From assembly GCA_043767805.1 (NCBI GenBank), contig JAYUGC010000124.1, positions 1 to 11,148 of the forward strand: DNA of 11,148 nt, in the 5' to 3' direction. This DNA comes from Pseudomonadota bacterium. Its GTDB lineage: Bacteria > Bdellovibrionota > FAC87 > UBA2466. Position numbers and translations under genes: made by a program. The notes beneath the pieces are model-generated. The model made no database searches and was not told the origin of the DNA. It was given only the letters and a program-made list of their open reading frames with translations. Of the stretch, positions 7,212 to 11,148 are shown piece after piece (position 1 is the stretch's first letter; the number at the start of each line of letters is the position of its first letter).

Positions 7212-8468
7212 TCAGAAGGGCGCGGGGAAGTGATTGTCTTCTTCGCCCGTGACCAAGGCTCTCTGGGCGCGGCCAAAAGAAGAAAGAAGCTGCGCGTAGG
7301 TCGCTTTCTTTTCGACGAGGGCCCGCACGAATTGAACGGCGTTCAGCGCATCGTCGCCGAACTGGCTCGGAGCCGCGTTCGAGATCAGATCGAAGTACTT
7401 GGAGGGACTCTCGCCGGGGTTCACGGCTTCGTGGGCCTGGCGGAGAGAATCGTCGAGATAGCTGAACGTATCGCAGCCGTTCACCATGAAAATCTGATAC
7501 TGCCCCTTCACGAACCGGCCGAGCTTTGATAACGCCCGGATGTTGCCGCCTAGATCCGAATGCCCATTGAAGGACACGAAGTCCGCCGTCTCGGTTTGCT
7601 TTGCGTAGGTTTCCGCGAACTCGGGCGTCACTTTCTGCATCGAGTTCTTCTGAATAAGAAAGAGACGGAGATCGATCTTGCGCCCGTCTCTGAAGGCAAA
7701 CTCCATCGAAATTTCGGGATTTTGGAGGCCGGGCTCGGCCAAAGCCGAAAGCTGGGGGCTCATCATTACGGGCTGACCCAAAAGCCGCCGGAGGGCCCGG
7801 TAAGCTTGCCCATACGCCAGAACGCCGTGATCCCGGTTGGAAGTGGCGCCGTCGTCATAGGTCCCGAAAAGAAAAGTGCCGCTAAGTCGCCCGTCCTCCC
7901 AAATCTTGTCGTACTCGGGATATTTTCCGCTGGTCTGCAGAGGACTGGGCACGAGCGATAGGGAAAGCCGGGAGGCGATGGTGAGATCGGGATTTTGCAG
8001 CACGCGGCAAGCCCGGTTCTGCGGCCGGTAATAATAAAAGAGCATCTCGGCATCGGCCGCGTTCTCTTCGCTCTGGCAGGCGGCTCCGTAACGCTTGAAG
8101 AAATCCGCTTTACCGGCGGCGTCCGCCTGGCGAGGGGCGACTGTCTCAAACCGTTTGGGCGGCGCATACTGGCGCGGCCAAGCCACGACGAGCTTTGCGT
8201 CGTAAATGATTTCCGTCGCCCGCACTTCCTTTAAAGTGATAACGGCTTTCGCAATGTCCGCCCCGCCGCCGAACCCATTCAAATGGCCGACCACATACTG
8301 GAGCTGATTGCGGGCGAATTGCGCGGCCAAGGCCTCTTGCCCGGCGGGTAAAAGGACGTTGGCGCCCGTGACGGTGGCATCCAGCGCCATGACCGAGTCC
8401 GAATCAAAACGCTCGGCGGCAAAGCCCGGTACGACCAGCAAAAAAGCGGTAATAATAGCTCTAAACAC
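7212..8468 (-). CDS. Hypothetical secreted protein (418 aa), possible clan CD (caspase/gingipain-fold) cysteine peptidase
   Basis: SD GAGGAGGT before GTG 8468 and a signal peptide. Motifs FVSFNGHS (H303) and YQIFMVNGCDT (C332). The CDS is well supported, but the function is inferred. Confidence 0.85.
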   Translation of the reverse strand: MFRAIITAFLLVVPGFAAERFDSDSVMALDATVTGANVLLPAGQEALAAQFARNQLQYVVGHLNGFGGGADIAKAVITLKEVRATEIIYDAKLVVAWPRQYAPPKRFETVAPRQADAAGKADFFKRYGAACQSEENAADAEMLFYYYRPQNRACRVLQNPDLTIASRLSLSLVPSPLQTSGKYPEYDKIWEDGRLSGTFLFGTYDDGATSNRDHGVLAYGQAYRALRRLLGQPVMMSPQLSALAEPGLQNPEISMEFAFRDGRKIDLRLFLIQKNSMQKVTPEFAETYAKQTETADFVSFNGHSDLGGNIRALSKLGRFVKGQYQIFMVNGCDTFSYLDDSLRQAHEAVNPGESPSKYFDLISNAAPSQFGDDALNAVQFVRALVEKKATYAQLLSSFGRAQRALVTGEEDNHFPAPF

Positions 8469-8530
8469 GGCGACCTCCTCGGGGTGGAATTAGCAGAGAT
8501 TGTCTCACAGAGGAACGCGGATTAATCAGC

Positions 8531-8550
8531 GTTGATTGGTTCCAATCAAC
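8531..8550. promoter_or_regulatory. Perfect inverted repeat GTTGATTGG-TT-CCAATCAAC (operator or weak terminator hairpin)
   Basis: 9-bp perfect arms in the gap between the dioxygenase stop and the 418-aa gene start. Confidence 0.4.
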
Positions 8551-8555
8551 CCGAA

Positions 8556-9341
8556 TCAACCGAAACTTAAGCAACGCATGGATATCGAAGCATTCTGAAT
8601 GCCCTCGAACTCAAATTTGAGGGCATCACTCGGTTCGGAGGCCCCCAGCACATAGAGGAGCGGATAGTAGTGATCAGGTGTCGGAATACTGAGCCTTCCG
8701 GCCTCGCTTGCTTCGGCCTGCGAGGCGAGCGCCCTGAAATCGCGGGTTTCGATTTTTTCCTTCGCCCACTGGTCGAACTCCAGGGCCCAATCAAAGGGCG
8801 GGGCATCCGCTTCCCAGCTGATCTTTCTCAGGTTGTGGACGATGTTACCGCTCCCAACGATCAGAATGCCTTGCTCTCTGAGCGCTCGGAGCTGCGTGCC
8901 TAGCTGCAGGTGATAGTCGCCGGGCTTTGGCAGATCAAGACTCAGCTGCACGACGGGAATATCGGCTTGGGGGTACATATGCCGCAACACCGCCCAAGTC
9001 CCGTGATCGAGCCCCCAGCTGGTTTCGTCGGCTTGAATCGCGGGTTCTTTAATCCGCGCTTGAAGCGCGTCGGCCATCTCGGGACTACCCGGTGCGGGGT
9101 AGCGCACCTGAAAAAGCTCGTCGGGAAAGCCCCGGAAATCGTGGATGGTCTTCGGTTGTTTCATCCGCGTGACCCAAGTGCCTTCGGTCATCCAATGAGC
9201 GGAAATGCAAAGAATGCCTTTCGGCCGCGCGATCCGCTTGGCAAGAGCGCCGAGAGCTCGCGTGAACTCGTTATCCGCAATGGCATTCATGGGCGAACCG
9301 TGCCCCAGAAAAAGGACAGGGAGCTTAGCGGAAGTAGCCAT
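8556..9341 (-). CDS. ygiD: 4,5-DOPA extradiol dioxygenase (LigB family, YgiD-like)
   Basis: LFLGHGSPMNA, ISAHW, TIHDFRGFP..L..V.YPAPGSP, WGLDHGTW.VL..MYP.ADIPVVQLS, GSGNIVHNL and PTPDHYYPLLY are all YgiD signature motifs. Confidence 0.95.
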   Translation of the reverse strand: MATSAKLPVLFLGHGSPMNAIADNEFTRALGALAKRIARPKGILCISAHWMTEGTWVTRMKQPKTIHDFRGFPDELFQVRYPAPGSPEMADALQARIKEPAIQADETSWGLDHGTWAVLRHMYPQADIPVVQLSLDLPKPGDYHLQLGTQLRALREQGILIVGSGNIVHNLRKISWEADAPPFDWALEFDQWAKEKIETRDFRALASQAEASEAGRLSIPTPDHYYPLLYVLGASEPSDALKFEFEGIQNASISMRCLSFG

Positions 9342-9346
9342 AAGTC

Positions 9347-9357
9347 ATTATAGCCCG
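9347..9357 (-). promoter_or_regulatory. Putative sigma70 -10 element (CGGGCTATAAT) 5 nt upstream of the ygiD ATG; likely leaderless
   Basis: The minus strand reads GCCCGGGCTATAAT-GACTT-ATG, with no SD. Confidence 0.6.
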
Positions 9358-9382
9358 GGCGTGACGTAGGCCCTGATATTGT

Positions 9383-10030
9383 CTAGGCGGGCTTGTTCTC
9401 CTCGAAGACTTTCATTTGATCGGCTAAAGCCTTTTTAAAAGCGGGACGGGCCTCGCAACGTTTCACATACGCGCCGAGTACCGGAAACTCCTCCAGGAGC
9501 TTCGTATTGCGCGGGATGCGGAGCACGGTAGTCATCATCAAATCACCGATGGTGAACTCGTCCTCGAGATACTCGCGGTTTTCGAGCCAGTGGCTCAAAT
9601 CCGTAAGGCGGCTTTTCACGAACTTATAAGCGGAAGGCCTGCGTAATTTCGCCCATTCTTCATTGAAGTAAAAGAGATCGATCGCCGCGAGCTGTTGAAT
9701 GGAGGGCTCGACGGAGTTCAAGGCCGCGAAGACCCAGGTTTTCGCGCGGGCGCGAGCCGCGGGATCGGAAGGCAAGAGTCCTTTCGACTTTTCGGCGATG
9801 TGGAGCACGATGGAGCCCGATTCGAAGAGCTGGAGACCTTCCTCTTCCAGTACGGGAACCTGGCCAAAAGGCTGCATCTGGCGGTAACTCTCCGACTTCT
9901 GATCGTCTCGGGAAAGTAACCGCACCTCGTAGGGGATGCCCGCTTCTTCGAGAGCCCAGCGGGGACGAATGTCGCGGACGAGGCCTTGAGCGAAAGGCGG
10001 GGCCCATTTGAGGACGCTGATACGAATCAT
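9383..10030 (-). CDS. Glutathione S-transferase family protein
   Basis: W.PPFAQGLVRD.R.RWALEEAG.PY, QPFGQVP, LFESGSI, and C-terminal YV.RCEARPAF.KAL. SD AAGGAG upstream. Confidence 0.95.
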   Translation of the reverse strand: MIRISVLKWAPPFAQGLVRDIRPRWALEEAGIPYEVRLLSRDDQKSESYRQMQPFGQVPVLEEEGLQLFESGSIVLHIAEKSKGLLPSDPAARARAKTWVFAALNSVEPSIQQLAAIDLFYFNEEWAKLRRPSAYKFVKSRLTDLSHWLENREYLEDEFTIGDLMMTTVLRIPRNTKLLEEFPVLGAYVKRCEARPAFKKALADQMKVFEENKPA

Positions 10031-10070
10031 GGAGGTCTCCTTCGTCCTCAGCAGTAATCGACCTCCGCCT

Positions 10071-10111
10071 AAAATAAAAGCGGGTCGGCTAAGTTCCCTT
10101 AGCCGACCCGC
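10071..10111 (-). terminator. Rho-independent terminator of the hemerythrin gene
   Basis: Minus strand: GCGGGTCGGCTAAG-GGAA-CTTAGCCGACCCGC followed by TTTTATTTT. This is a perfect 14-bp stem with a GNRA loop. Confidence 0.92.
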
Positions 10112-10122
10112 GCGCTACGACT

Positions 10123-10680
10123 TTAAGAAGCTTTGGATTGCTTGGGCTCACTCGACATGGGTGACCATTTGCTGAAGGTGTCCCTCAAACGCTCGGGCAT
10201 GAGGTTCACCATCAGGTCGAGGGAGCTGCCCATGAAGGACTGCTCTTTGACGATAGGCTTCATCTTATTGAAGACTTCCGCCATGGCCTCGGCTTCCTCT
10301 TCCGTGAAGAGCTTCTTAGCGGCGGAGAAGATCTTGCCCTCTTCCTCGGCGATGTGATGCTGAAGGGCCTCTTTCAACTTCTTCGCCCCACCTACCCAGC
10401 TCAAGTTTACCGCGTCGGTAACTTGGAGGCCGCGAAGGAGCGATTCGGCTTCCATGTGCTCCCGGTACGCGTGGCCCACTACGCCTTCCGCCGTGGGAAT
10501 ACCGCGGATGGAATTGTAGAGCACGGCTTCTTCCGCGCGCGCATGGGGAAGCAGCTCGTCGCGAATCTGCTTAACCAGGGTCTCCCGCATTTTGGGGTCG
10601 GATTTCTCCGCGCCGATCAGCTTGTCTAACAGGCCCAAAACTTTTACGTGATCTTTCTTAAGGACATCGTAAATATTCAT
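10123..10680 (-). CDS. Hemerythrin/HHE cation-binding domain protein
   Basis: LKKDH, L.PHARAEEAVLY, EH.EAE and HHIAEEEGKIF form the H...HxxxE...H...HxxxE pattern. SD AAGGAG upstream. Confidence 0.92.
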   Translation of the reverse strand: MNIYDVLKKDHVKVLGLLDKLIGAEKSDPKMRETLVKQIRDELLPHARAEEAVLYNSIRGIPTAEGVVGHAYREHMEAESLLRGLQVTDAVNLSWVGGAKKLKEALQHHIAEEEGKIFSAAKKLFTEEEAEAMAEVFNKMKPIVKEQSFMGSSLDLMVNLMPERLRDTFSKWSPMSSEPKQSKAS

Positions 10681-10706
10681 GGTCTCTCTCCTTTGTCCTT
10701 TTACCT

Positions 10707-10723
10707 ATGCAAATTGCCGGCCG
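10707..10723 (-). promoter_or_regulatory. Putative sigma54 (-24/-12) promoter for the hemerythrin gene
   Basis: Minus strand CGGCCGGCAATTTGCAT has exact GG-N10-GC spacing with TTGCA, 26 nt upstream of the ATG. Confidence 0.55.
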
Positions 10724-11050
10724 CGGTTTTTCATAGGAGACGCGCACTTTGGAAGGCTAGAGAATTCCAACGACTTAGATCCCAAACTGCCCGCGGATTC
10801 CGCGAGGACGGAGAAATTCCTGTCTCTTCCGCGTAACACCGCCACGAAAACGTACCTCGGGTGTCCCATCTGGGCCGCGTCGAACTGAACAGCTCGTTCT
10901 ATCACGTGCCGCCGCCCGAGCGGGTAGTCCAGTGGCGTCGGCCACCCTGATTTTCACTTTTTTTGCGATCCCATGAGCCTTTTCCCGGCGTACTCGCGCG
11001 TGCTCAAGTAAGGCACGGCCGTGGTTCACTCGGCCGTTTTAGGAGGATTT

Positions 11051-11148
11051 ATGAAACGATTGGTACTGGCTTTCACTCTCATTATGGCTTGGATGACTTC
11101 GGGCGCGCACGCCGTTCCCCTGGAACGAGGCCGGGTGGCTTGGTTTTC
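11051..11148 (+). CDS. 5' part of a secreted protein, truncated by the window end
   Basis: SD AGGAGG (11041-11046), then ATG 11051. MKRLVLAFTLIMAWMTSGAHA-VPLERGRVAWF is a Sec signal peptide with an AxA cleavage site. Not in the ORF track because it has no stop in the window. Confidence 0.8.
   Translation, partial: MKRLVLAFTLIMAWMTSGAHAVPLERGRVAWF

Noticed and set aside
2338..9353. Long shadow ORFs (e.g. 2338-2910, 2919-3503, 5393-5857, 6617-7147, 7560-7961, 8910-9353)
   Set aside because: These are antisense or alternative frames of well-supported genes, expected in GC-rich DNA, with no motifs or RBS.
10780..10835. Possible c-di-GMP-I riboswitch
   Set aside because: It lacks the GGCAAAC / GNRA / GACGCAAA / receptor consensus arrangement.
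10648..11029. Short ORFs in the hemerythrin / last-gene intergenic region
   Set aside because: They overlap each other, lack convincing RBS or motifs, and the region is better explained as divergent regulatory DNA.

Overview
GC-rich bacterial window of mixed housekeeping, detoxification and orphan genes. The many short secreted orphans suggest a Bdellovibrionota-like or deltaproteobacterial genome (inference only). In order: the 3' end of a NodU/CmcH-type carbamoyltransferase; a ~180-nt nested inverted-repeat element; a Cof-type HAD hydrolase; a small membrane ORF; a coupled GNAT + glyoxalase I (gloA) pair; a YbjT-like SDR/DUF2867 oxidoreductase coupled to a small HExxH protein; four consecutive signal-peptide-bearing orphans; a YgiD-type extradiol dioxygenase; a glutathione S-transferase; a hemerythrin/HHE protein; and the start of another secreted protein. 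The most notable observations are the fold-back element at 316-495, a clan CD-like His/Cys dyad in the secreted 418-aa orphan, likely leaderless promoters sharing CGGGCTATAAT, and a sigma54-like promoter with an IHF-like site upstream of the hemerythrin gene. No CRISPR array, tRNA, rRNA, integrase or transposase is visible.
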